From IMG/VR virus record IMGVR_UViG_3300027726_000002: 42,288 bases of DNA. One strand, 5' to 3'. Shown piece after piece: positions 22,296 through 30,522 of this stretch. Each line of letters opens with the position of its first letter. Position 1 is the first letter of the stretch. The stretch is from a virus. The position numbers and the translations under genes are program-made. The notes under the pieces are model-generated. The model worked only from the letters and a program-made list of their open reading frames with translations, searched no databases and was not told the origin of the DNA.

Positions 22296-22324
22296 AATAT
22301 ACCAAACAACTTGTGACTTGTCAA
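22296..22324 (-). promoter_or_regulatory. Early promoter (PR-like) for the RHH gene and early operon
   Basis: The minus strand reads TTGACA (plus 22319-22324), a 17-nt spacer and TATATT (plus 22296-22301). ACAAGT/ACTTGT hexamers at 22266, 22289, 22309 and 22316 overlap the -35 and spacer and flank the -10. Confidence 0.55.
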
Positions 22325-22340
22325 GACATTTGTCTAGTTT

Positions 22341-22355
22341 TGGTAGAATAGAAAT
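22341..22355 (+). promoter_or_regulatory. Extended -10 promoter giving a leaderless CI-like transcript (PRM-like)
   Basis: TGgTAGAAT (TG at 22341-22342, -10 at 22344-22349) is followed by 6 nt and then ATG 22356. There is no SD upstream, although almost every other gene has a GGAG-type SD. Confidence 0.45.
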
Positions 22356-22700
22356 ATGTTTCAAGCATGGTTTATCAGGAAGTATAAAGAGTGGTCTGGG
22401 GATAAGATTGGAATTGAGGCAAGCGAAACAGAATTCGCCCGGTGGTTGGGCATTACTCAGCAAACAGTAAATTATTATTTGAACGGGGTTTTTGTACCCA
22501 AAAGGAAAGACATCCTCAAACGTTTGGCCGATAAACTTGGGGATGAAGTCTATGAAATATTAGACCAGCCAACTGATAAAGAAAAGATTATGCTGATACT
22601 GGATCAAATTCCTCCCCAAGAATATCCCCGTTTGATTGAGGAATTGAAGAGACACTATCGGGTCTCTCCACTAAATAAGACTGATCCCCCAGATGAATGA
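22356..22700 (+). CDS. CI-like HTH (XRE family) repressor
   Basis: ETEFARWLGITQQTVNYYLNGVFVP is a classic XRE HTH. The gene is divergent from the RHH gene and on the same strand as the integrase. Confidence 0.7.
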   Translation: MFQAWFIRKYKEWSGDKIGIEASETEFARWLGITQQTVNYYLNGVFVPKRKDILKRLADKLGDEVYEILDQPTDKEKIMLILDQIPPQEYPRLIEELKRHYRVSPLNKTDPPDE

Positions 22701-22812
22701 CAACCATATCTGGACAAATCAGCCGGGCAGTCACGTTGCCCGCTTCGATGACTGTGGCTTTTCCCTCAAATAACAGGGCAAGCCTGCTTAGGAATGTTTC
22801 TATGGTGTCCAT
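22588..22812 (-). CDS. Questionable 74-aa ORF convergent with and overlapping the repressor 3' end
   Basis: The ATG is preceded by TATAAT-N6 (leaderless geometry, plus 22819-22824). It overlaps 113 nt of the repressor gene and has no motif. Confidence 0.25.
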   Translation of the reverse strand: MDTIETFLSRLALLFEGKATVIEAGNVTARLICPDMVVIHLGDQSYLVERPDSVSSIPQSNGDILGEEFDPVSA

Positions 22813-22840
22813 TTTACAATTATATCAGAATTAATGTTCT

Positions 22841-23041
22841 ATGAATAAGTGGAAATCTTCTTCTCTCGGATTGCTTCTGGGTGTGCTGATGTCAACTTGC
22901 ATCACCATAGGTAACATTATGATTGCCACTGCTCCAGTCTATTTGATAGAGCTGGGGATTAACTTCATCGTCAACATCTGCATCTATGCATTGGTCTTCA
23001 CGCTCCTGGTCACACTTTACCGACGCGTGACAAAGACATGA
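22841..23041 (+). CDS. Small 2-TM membrane protein (lysogeny-module moron; possible superinfection exclusion)
   Basis: LGLLLGVLMSTCITIGNIMIA and INFIVNICIYALVFTLLVTLY. It appears noticeably more AT-rich than its neighbours by eye. It sits between the repressor and attP/int. Confidence 0.55.
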   Translation: MNKWKSSSLGLLLGVLMSTCITIGNIMIATAPVYLIELGINFIVNICIYALVFTLLVTLYRRVTKT

Positions 23042-23136
23042 ATCGCAGTCACCTTACCCGGCCAAAAACAACCACCAACCACGGGCCGCATACCCCCCGC
23101 ATTCAGCCTGGTAACAGCCCCCCGGTTCTCACCGCC

Positions 23137-23191
<55 letters not shown>

Positions 23192-23231
23192 GGAACATCT
23201 TACCACCCACCTGCTTTGGTAAAAGTGGCCT

Positions 23232-24194
23232 GTGGTTCGTAAATCACCCAACCGGGGGGCGCTTACCTTGAAACTGTCCGCCGCCATCCAGGGCTTTAAG
23301 ATCGTCCGCCTTGCCGATGGATATTCCCCGGCCACCCTTGCTGTCTACCAGTGGGCGCTGGAAAGATTGCAGTGGTATCTGGATAATCCCGAAGTCGATC
23401 AAATCACAGAACAGAACGTTCAATCCTTCTTCGCATTCCTACGAACGGACTATGATCCCCCACTGGCCGGCGCGTCCATCGAAAACGTTTGGAAGGCCGT
23501 CCGCTCATTCTACAATTGGGCCAGCGATACCCTGCCAATTCACCGTCCAGATAGCAGGATACCCCGCCCGCGTTATGCTCAGGAAGAAATCCAGCCCTAT
23601 ACACGGGAGGAAGTGAAGGCATTGCTCCGGGCCTGCGAGTACACCACCCTCGCCCTCAGTATGCGCCGCAAGTCGTTTGCAATGAAACGCCCGACCGCTT
23701 TTCGAGATCGGGCAATTGTGCTGCTCCTGCTGGATACCGGGGTAAGGGCAAGTGAGTTATGTCGTTTGACTTATAAGGACATCAACTTAGAATCGGGAAC
23801 GGTTCATATCCAGGCGTTCGGGTCTGGCAGGAAGACGAAATCCAGGACGGTGTACTTTCAGAAACATTCCCGGGCTGCGCTGTGGAAGTATCTTTCCTCT
23901 CAGCCACAAACAACATTTCTGTTTACCACTTCCACCCTTGCCACGCTCAATCGCGGCAGTCTCTATCACATGATTGATGCGCTGGGAGAACGCTCAGGGG
24001 TGCTGTCCGCAAATGTCCATAAGTTCCGCCACACCTTTGCCATTCAATACCTGCGCAATGGGGGGGATGTCTTCACGCTTCAACGTCTGCTGGGCCATGC
24101 GTCGCTGGAGATGGTCAGGCGTTATCTGTCTCTGGCAGATAATGACGCTGCCTCTGTGCATAAGGGCGCTTCTCCGGTGGATAACTGGCTTTAG
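23232..24194 (+). CDS. int: Tyrosine recombinase / phage integrase
   Basis: DTGVRASEL (Arg I), HKFRHTFAIQYL (HxxR), LLGHASLEMVRRYL (His and the catalytic Tyr), and an N-terminal SAM-like domain (YSPATLAVYQWALERL). The listed start is GTG, so the exact start is uncertain. Confidence 0.9.
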   Translation: MVRKSPNRGALTLKLSAAIQGFKIVRLADGYSPATLAVYQWALERLQWYLDNPEVDQITEQNVQSFFAFLRTDYDPPLAGASIENVWKAVRSFYNWASDTLPIHRPDSRIPRPRYAQEEIQPYTREEVKALLRACEYTTLALSMRRKSFAMKRPTAFRDRAIVLLLLDTGVRASELCRLTYKDINLESGTVHIQAFGSGRKTKSRTVYFQKHSRAALWKYLSSQPQTTFLFTTSTLATLNRGSLYHMIDALGERSGVLSANVHKFRHTFAIQYLRNGGDVFTLQRLLGHASLEMVRRYLSLADNDAASVHKGASPVDNWL

Positions 24195-24733
24195 AAATAC
24201 TTCATCCTCTTAAATGTCTGCCGTCCCCTTTTGTTGGTCTTGACCAGCGTCCCTCCGCTTATCTTAGCCAGCGTGGTGACGGTTGGCTGCAACGGGGTGA
24301 CAATCGGCGCTCTATCGTCAAACTCCAATTCCAATATCCCTTGCAGATAGGGTAACGGGTCAAAGTGTCCTTTCCAGATCCCCGCTGTCCCCCGCCTAAA
24401 TCCCAAATGCAGGTGCGGGCCGGTCGAATTGCCCGTGCTTCCCATGATCCCCAATACATCATCGGTGGTCAGTTCGTCGCCGGGTCTGCATAAGACTTCA
24501 TCCAGGTGGGCGTAGTAGAATTTCACTCCGCCGAATTGCGCAATCACCAGCTTGCCATATCCGTACTGATCCCACCCCGCGCTGATCACCACCTGGTTAC
24601 ATACTGGTCTGATCTCCGGGTTAGCTGACCACAAGTCCAGGCCATTATGAGCCGGGTATCCAAACTGTTTGTAGTCGTTCGGGTTTGCTCCGAAGACCTG
24701 GGTGATTTGTGGGTTGATCAAAGGCCATTGCAT
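24191..24733 (-). CDS. M23 (LytM-type) metallopeptidase: endolysin or virion-associated lysin
   Basis: HNGLDLW (HxxxD) and GSTGNSTGPHLHLGF (HxH). It is the last gene of the late operon. Confidence 0.8.
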   Translation of the reverse strand: MQWPLINPQITQVFGANPNDYKQFGYPAHNGLDLWSANPEIRPVCNQVVISAGWDQYGYGKLVIAQFGGVKFYYAHLDEVLCRPGDELTTDDVLGIMGSTGNSTGPHLHLGFRRGTAGIWKGHFDPLPYLQGILELEFDDRAPIVTPLQPTVTTLAKISGGTLVKTNKRGRQTFKRMKYF

Positions 24734-24736
24734 GGG

Positions 24737-25270
24737 TCATTCTCCGAGGTAGGACAAACTCAATACGGGTGAGTAGTTATTGGTCAACACGTTAAGGGCG
24801 CCGCCTGATGTCTGCCGGGCGAACATCTCGATATAATCTCCGACGTTCAGGTAACAGGTGGCGGCAATGTTTACGCCGCTGTCTGAGGATGGATGGGCTG
24901 GGAATTGTTGGGCATTCACAATTGCAGTAAACGCACCCGGTACACCAGCTAGATTAACCGCTATCCCAATCAGTCTCAATCCCGTGGCATTGCTGGCAAA
25001 CGTGAGCTGCGCCGTGATCCCATACACTCCCGCAATCCTGGCATAAATGCGGCTGTTGTTGACTGCGTTGCTGTGCATGGCCGTCTCGCCTGCTGCAACG
25101 TAATCATAGGTCGTCGTGTTCAGCGCCATCACCACCCAGGTCGCATTCGCAGTGGCCTGATTTGCGTTGTGAGTCGCCTGGCATAAGCAGCGTCGGCTCA
25201 TTGCATATCTGTTGCTTTTCAGCAAATTGATCTGTCCCCAAATCTTTCGGATTTCTTCTTCGATGTTCAT
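24737..25270 (-). CDS. Tail fibre / receptor-binding protein with C1q/TNF-like jelly-roll C-terminus (putative)
   Basis: N-terminal coiled coil (EEEIRKIWGQINLLK). The C-terminus is beta-rich and ends in NVGDYIEMFARQTSGGALNV...LSLSYLGE, which is typical of C1q-like fibre tips. Confidence 0.45.
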   Translation of the reverse strand: MNIEEEIRKIWGQINLLKSNRYAMSRRCLCQATHNANQATANATWVVMALNTTTYDYVAAGETAMHSNAVNNSRIYARIAGVYGITAQLTFASNATGLRLIGIAVNLAGVPGAFTAIVNAQQFPAHPSSDSGVNIAATCYLNVGDYIEMFARQTSGGALNVLTNNYSPVLSLSYLGE

Positions 25271-25605
25271 AGTTTCTTTCTCACTGCTGCGATTGCCGAT
25301 TCAATGTCAACCAGTTCCGGTTCCCAAAACGGGACCACCTCCCGCTTATAGTGGTTGAAGAGTACCGCTTCCCGGAATCGGTCTTCGTTGCTGAATTGCC
25401 CGGTGTGCCAGTAGGTTCCGTAAACTTCCACCGGGATTTCAAACGGGTCGTATACCACAAAGTCTACAATGAACTGCCCGCGCCGGCCGGTAAATCCAAA
25501 CGGGGCAACCTGGAACCGGTAGGCTATTTTCAGCTTGTCAAACGCCTGAGCCAGCACCCACTCCGGGCGGGTGGCGCTCTGGTTCCGTATGCTGAACTCA
25601 CTCAC
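25267..25605 (-). CDS. Vsr/DUF559-like restriction-endonuclease-fold protein (putative)
   Basis: RPEWVLAQAF...FIVDFVVYDPFEIPVEVYGTYWHTG resembles the E...DF...(I/V)E(V)xG..WH core of Vsr/DUF559 proteins. ATGA-type overlaps on both sides. Confidence 0.35.
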   Translation of the reverse strand: MSEFSIRNQSATRPEWVLAQAFDKLKIAYRFQVAPFGFTGRRGQFIVDFVVYDPFEIPVEVYGTYWHTGQFSNEDRFREAVLFNHYKREVVPFWEPELVDIESAIAAVRKKL

Positions 25606-28298
25606 GAGTCGATCTCCACCAACATCATTTGCCCCATGTACGCTTCTTCCCCGGTTTCCAGTACGATTTTATCCGGGTTGAGGGTGACATTCTCCACCCA
25701 GGCATAGCGCCCATTGAGCGGGGTTGCTACGCTGGTCACATAAACCGGGGTGGCGCTGGCTTTCATCGTGTCCAGTGCGTTCATCTTCAAGTTGTGGTCG
25801 GTGTAATCGTCCGGCTTTCCGAGAAGATTGAAGTCCTTGTCTGCAATCCTAAATGTCAGGGTCGCGGCGTGTCTTGTCTGGATGCGTGGCATGGCCTCAT
25901 GCACCATTGCCAGTATGCGGGGGGTGGCGTTCCCGTCCACGCTCTTCAGAGTGAACTTGAATTGGATGCGCTTCCCTACCACGCTGGGCGTCGTCGCCAG
26001 CTCCAGTTCTTCCGAAAAGGTGTCAATTGTCCCCGTGACATCTGTCCAGGAGGTTGCGTTATCCAGCCGATACGCCAGGGTAACGGTCTCATCCGTCCCC
26101 GCTCCTTCGCAAATCGTCCGCATGGCATAGTACAGTTTGTCCACTTCCTGCAATTCGACATAATGATAAGCCGTGATTAGCGTTCCCTCGGTTGCGAATT
26201 TATACCCGTTGTAGGTATCTGCAGGGTGGTTGAATGGGTCGGTGGAGAGGGGTAGCCAGATGATGTTATTCCCCTCGCAAATCCACAACCTGTCCACCGC
26301 ATTTCCGGGGATGCTTTGGATGTACAGGTTTTGGATGCGTTCTCCCAGCGTTCCTCGGTATAACTCGCACCACCCGCGGTCATTGTAGGCGATCACGTTC
26401 GATACCCCCGCGCTGCCGGCGTCCACCGCGCCGATCAGCATTCCGGGGTAGCCTACGAGGGCTGAGAAATATCCAAACCGGTCAGAGGTTGGCACTGCCA
26501 CTTCCGCTTTGTCCGGGCCTACCCCATCCAATAGCCCATTGTAGTATCTCAGCACGGTGTTATGCCACGACATATACAGGTAGGTATCTTGTACGCAATG
26601 AGCGGCTCCATTCCGCCGGTCACGGGTGGCGCCCATCTGGCGGATGTCAAACTCTTCCCATGTCCCTTCCCGCCAGCGGTGCATACTCCCCTCTTTGAGC
26701 GCAACCATCAGGTTTTGCCATGCTTCGGCATATCGTTCCAGCCCGGTGATCCGTTCGTATTGATCCCCCACCACCTGGGCTGTGCCAAATGTCAATACGG
26801 TTTCTGTCCCAGTGTAGCCGGTGTAATCTACTGCGGTGGCATAGGCGACGGTGGCCGGGTATCCGCCCTTTGCTCCCCATATTCTCCCTGCTGAAAAGGC
26901 GAGGAAAGTAAACGCTCCGGTTTCGGCGTCTTGCCCGGCGGTTGATCCGCTGTAATGATACGTCCAGGTTCCACCGCTGTTGAAGGCGATTACCCGTTTA
27001 AGGACTTCGGTATCACCACATGCAAAATACACCGCTCCATTGATTGAGAGTACATCTGTAACCACCACGTTGTAAGCAGTATCAAACCCGGCGATCTCGG
27101 TGAACTTATTGGATGCGATGATTGCCAGCACATCATTTTCAGCCGGGGCGATGTCCCACGGGTCACTGAATGTCAGTGCGGTTTCACTGCTGCTTGTTGC
27201 AACACTGTCTGTGATCACCCGCCAGTTTTGGGGTTGGCTGGATCCCGTTCCCGATACAATCACACAGATACATCCTATGGCCTCGTCTGTTGCCCATGAC
27301 GCCTGGCCTTTGATGGTCACTCCGGTTGTGGTTGCCCCGGTCTTTGCCAGTCCATGATCACCGTTCAAATAGAGTTTGCTGGATGTGCCATTGTTGTTCT
27401 GCATCGCATAGTAGAGCGCCCCCTTATACTCGAATAGATGCGCTCTGTTCTTTGCTGATCCACCATTGGTCATGACGTAACTTGGGGTTTGTGGTAGTCC
27501 ACCTGTGTCTGTATAGGTTGATCCGTCTGTGCTTACGGATAGTTCGCATTCCGATCCCGATTCTTGATGCGCAATGGTAATTCCGGCGCTGCTGGTCACG
27601 CCTGTGTTTTTGAATGTCAGGTAAAAATCTTGAGCGGATGTCAGTGCCACTCCCGCTGCAAAAGTGAATTTGTAGGATGTCGCGTCGGATGAGATAGACG
27701 GGATAAATATGCTGTTATCAGACCATACTTCGCTTCCGCCATCTGGCTTTATTCCCAGGCTCATAATCCCGGCGGTTGCGCTTCCAGATGTTTTTCTTAG
27801 TGTAACAGTGACATCCTTTACGGTGATGGTCACAGTGGCATTATTATTGGTGCGATAGTAAACGGTGCTTCCGGTTACTGCGCCGGAAAAGTAGCAGGCT
27901 TTTGTATTGTAATGTATTCCGATGTTGTTACTCATTGATACAAGAGCGCCAAAACTGACAATGGTAGATTTCGGCCCCAAGATCACCTCCCCCGGTCGCA
28001 TGGTGTTGATCTGGTAGCCATCAAGATACATGCTGGTATCCTTGTCAAAATCGTTTGCCCCCCGGCCTCCGCTCCAATCGTTCTGTTCAATGTACTTCCA
28101 GAACCCGGAGAAGTCCGCATGTTTCTGCTGCCCGGTCGAAATCTGCAAGGCGCTCTGCTGGTATTCTTGCCGCCTGAATGCGCGCGGTTCGGCTTTGCCC
28201 TGGCTGTTGCATAGGATCAATCCCACTGACGTTGCTCCCTGGGTCAGTACAACGTGGTGGCTGCTTCTCTTATTGGTTGGGCTGGCGGATGCGGTCAT
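25602..28298 (-). CDS. Large tail protein, 898 aa (nozzle/tail-tubular-B-like with beta-propeller-type repeats; putative)
   Basis: It is the largest tail-module ORF. The N-terminus has NDWSGGRGANDFDKDTSMYLDGYQI. Recurrent blade-like segments are GAVYFACGDTEVL, GRIWGAKGG, TYLYMSWHNTVLRYYNG and DRLWICEGNNIIWLP. The call is by position and architecture only. Confidence 0.5.
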   Translation of the reverse strand: MTASASPTNKRSSHHVVLTQGATSVGLILCNSQGKAEPRAFRRQEYQQSALQISTGQQKHADFSGFWKYIEQNDWSGGRGANDFDKDTSMYLDGYQINTMRPGEVILGPKSTIVSFGALVSMSNNIGIHYNTKACYFSGAVTGSTVYYRTNNNATVTITVKDVTVTLRKTSGSATAGIMSLGIKPDGGSEVWSDNSIFIPSISSDATSYKFTFAAGVALTSAQDFYLTFKNTGVTSSAGITIAHQESGSECELSVSTDGSTYTDTGGLPQTPSYVMTNGGSAKNRAHLFEYKGALYYAMQNNNGTSSKLYLNGDHGLAKTGATTTGVTIKGQASWATDEAIGCICVIVSGTGSSQPQNWRVITDSVATSSSETALTFSDPWDIAPAENDVLAIIASNKFTEIAGFDTAYNVVVTDVLSINGAVYFACGDTEVLKRVIAFNSGGTWTYHYSGSTAGQDAETGAFTFLAFSAGRIWGAKGGYPATVAYATAVDYTGYTGTETVLTFGTAQVVGDQYERITGLERYAEAWQNLMVALKEGSMHRWREGTWEEFDIRQMGATRDRRNGAAHCVQDTYLYMSWHNTVLRYYNGLLDGVGPDKAEVAVPTSDRFGYFSALVGYPGMLIGAVDAGSAGVSNVIAYNDRGWCELYRGTLGERIQNLYIQSIPGNAVDRLWICEGNNIIWLPLSTDPFNHPADTYNGYKFATEGTLITAYHYVELQEVDKLYYAMRTICEGAGTDETVTLAYRLDNATSWTDVTGTIDTFSEELELATTPSVVGKRIQFKFTLKSVDGNATPRILAMVHEAMPRIQTRHAATLTFRIADKDFNLLGKPDDYTDHNLKMNALDTMKASATPVYVTSVATPLNGRYAWVENVTLNPDKIVLETGEEAYMGQMMLVEIDS

Positions 28299-28366
28299 AG
28301 ATACTCTCCAGGATGGTTAAGATAATCGCAATGACAATGATATGCGGCTTCTTTGATAGCCAGCAA

Positions 28367-29164
28367 TCACTCATAATATCCCCCCATGTGCGGGGTCTTC
28401 TGTAAGCCATAGATCGGATAGCGCGCATCCATCAGGGCTTCTTGCGCCAGGGCTTCATTCATCAGTTTGATCAGGTCGGGGCGGTCTTCCCGATATCGTT
28501 GTACCCGCCATCTCAGCGCATGTACCGCCGCTTTCCAGCTTAGCCGGTCAGGGTAGATGTAATTCGAGATCGCGTCTGTGTCCGCTGTAAGCGTGGTGGG
28601 CAATGCCACATGGGTCAGCCTGATTTTGTAATCGGCTTCATCCGGGGCGCGCTCTGTGTCAAATGCAATCGTGGTTCCAATTTGCCGCCAGCCAAAATGC
28701 GGGACGTATTGGTATGGTGCGGTGGTCATCATTGCCACTTCCACTTTCCGTACATCGATCACGCCCGCCGGTAGGGTGTAGGCTTCCTGGTCTGCCACTG
28801 TCACCAAAGTAGCATCTTGCGCCGGTATTCCTCCAATGGCCCTTAACGCTTTATTGATCGCCTGAATCAAAACATACCGGGGGAAGTCTGCATTACAGGA
28901 TGCGTATAGATTACCCGCCGCGTTGACCAGGGTCATGGTGGCAAAGGTGTATGTCCCGGTCGATTTCGCCCAATCGGTGATGACTGCGCTCTTTCCGGCG
29001 TTGTTCCCGCTCAAAGGCCAGATGGTTCCGCCGTTGAAGTAGTCATCCTCTTCAGTGACCCCGGTATCAAGCAGGGTGGTTGCCGATCCCCCGGTGGCTG
29101 TCCCTTCCACCACGCTGGTGATCAGCCGGGCCAGGTCAAGTGTCGCTGATGCTAAGGTTGTCAT
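28367..29164 (-). CDS. Virion structural protein, 265 aa (adaptor/tail-tubular-A-like by position)
   Basis: SD GGGAGAAATATTGCT. It lies immediately upstream of the large tail protein. No motif recognised. Confidence 0.45.
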   Translation of the reverse strand: MTTLASATLDLARLITSVVEGTATGGSATTLLDTGVTEEDDYFNGGTIWPLSGNNAGKSAVITDWAKSTGTYTFATMTLVNAAGNLYASCNADFPRYVLIQAINKALRAIGGIPAQDATLVTVADQEAYTLPAGVIDVRKVEVAMMTTAPYQYVPHFGWRQIGTTIAFDTERAPDEADYKIRLTHVALPTTLTADTDAISNYIYPDRLSWKAAVHALRWRVQRYREDRPDLIKLMNEALAQEALMDARYPIYGLQKTPHMGGYYE

Positions 29165-29783
29165 AGCAATATTTCTCCCAGTCTTTTCTTGTCACAGTTC
29201 CCAAACGAATGTGCGGGATCTCCACGCCGGTATGCACGTACCTTGCAATCCCCGCTTTCTCACATTGCAGGGAGAAGTACCAATCCTCCCCGCCGCGTAC
29301 CACATCATACATTTTCTTCCAGTAGGGTGGTTGCAGTTTGTCGAATACCCAGCGCCGAATCGCTATCGCCCCGGTTCCCACCATGTCCGCCGGGATGATT
29401 TTATTCTCCGGTATCTTGCTCGTTGAGTACCAGAATTCCGGGTCTTCGCTGTCTTTCATGTAAAACGCCGGGCGGCTGTCTTCTCCCCGGCAGAATGCAA
29501 GCGCGGCCACTACCCCATAATCCGGGTGCGGGTCAAGCGCCAGTCTTTCCACCACGTTGGCGGGGTATTTGTGGTCTGCATCCAACATCACCAATGTGTC
29601 ATACGGGTCGCTGGTGCTTTCCATAAACGCTTCCGTAAATTGTTCCCGCGCCCATTCGGTTGCGGTGTGCGGCACGCTGATCCGGGTCCAGTTCTGCGAT
29701 CCGCATCGGGAGGCTACTCCCAATAAGCTGTCTACCGCTTCGTCGTACATGCCTCGTTCGAGGAGGACACCCCAATAGATCAT
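29136..29783 (-). CDS. GT2-like glycosyltransferase
   Basis: TLVMLDADHKYP (DxD-type), GGEDWYFSLQCEKAG (the ED..F motif of GT-A enzymes) and VGTGAIAIRRWVF. The start is taken at ATG 29783; a GTG at 29810 is also possible. Confidence 0.65.
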   Translation of the reverse strand: MIYWGVLLERGMYDEAVDSLLGVASRCGSQNWTRISVPHTATEWAREQFTEAFMESTSDPYDTLVMLDADHKYPANVVERLALDPHPDYGVVAALAFCRGEDSRPAFYMKDSEDPEFWYSTSKIPENKIIPADMVGTGAIAIRRWVFDKLQPPYWKKMYDVVRGGEDWYFSLQCEKAGIARYVHTGVEIPHIRLGTVTRKDWEKYCYDNLSISDT

Positions 29784-29829
29784 TTTTGTTTTCCTATCTC
29801 CGTAAGCCACCGGCCTACCGTGTTCGTCT

Positions 29830-30522
29830 TCAGCCCGCGCCTGTACAGGTAATCGTCCCGCCGCCCAATGCAGGTGGAACCTGGATCACGTTCTTACCCG
29901 TGTACGCATCCAGCCGATAGTAAATGATCATGTCCGGGCTGGTGGTGTTGAGAACGCCGAACAGATCCCCGTTTGCCGCCATCAATGCAAAGCGGGCAAT
30001 GAATGACCGGCTTACTGTGATGTCAATGCTGAAATCAGCCAGGCCTCCCGGCGGTGTGAACGGGATCGGGATGTCAGGCAATACCCCCGCGCTGGTCAAC
30101 ACGTACCCATCCCAGGGGCAGCTGCCCTCATTGCGAATGATGAAATGCAAGCGTTTTATTCTGCCAATTTCCAACGCCCCCGCTTGTAGGTCACTCACTG
30201 GTTGGCTTACCACCCAGGCAATATTGGTACAGGGTGGTGAGGGTATTTCTGTGGGTGTGGCTGTGGATGTGGGTAATAAAGCGTTTTCGATGGGATACTG
30301 CAACGCTTCGGGGGCGGGGGTAGCCGTGACAATCTTCTCAATCACTTGCGTTATAACGCGTTCGACTTCTACCGGCGCTTCCACCACCCGCTCTTGATAC
30401 TGGACTTCCGGCGATGATGTTGGCCATGTGTACCAGACAACTCCGACCGTAGCTGCGCCAATCAAGAGCAGGCATCCGGCCATTGCCATTGATAAGAAAA
30501 CAGTGATGATGGTGTTTTTCAT
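29830..30522 (-). CDS. Membrane-anchored protein with NBR1-like Ig domain
   Basis: N-terminal TM IITVFLSMAMAGCLLLIGAATVGVVWY. The C-terminal domain contains FIIRNEGSCPWDGYVLTSAG, the N-x-G-x-C-x-W motif of N_BRCA1_IG-type Ig domains. ATGA overlap with the upstream glycosyltransferase. Confidence 0.5.
   Translation of the reverse strand: MKNTIITVFLSMAMAGCLLLIGAATVGVVWYTWPTSSPEVQYQERVVEAPVEVERVITQVIEKIVTATPAPEALQYPIENALLPTSTATPTEIPSPPCTNIAWVVSQPVSDLQAGALEIGRIKRLHFIIRNEGSCPWDGYVLTSAGVLPDIPIPFTPPGGLADFSIDITVSRSFIARFALMAANGDLFGVLNTTSPDMIIYYRLDAYTGKNVIQVPPALGGGTITCTGAG

Noticed and set aside
24191-24194. Overlapping convergent stop codons of int and the M23 gene as a regulatory element.
   Set aside because: It is a 3-4-nt overlap with no hairpin or terminator. 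It most likely just reflects compact packing at the module boundary.
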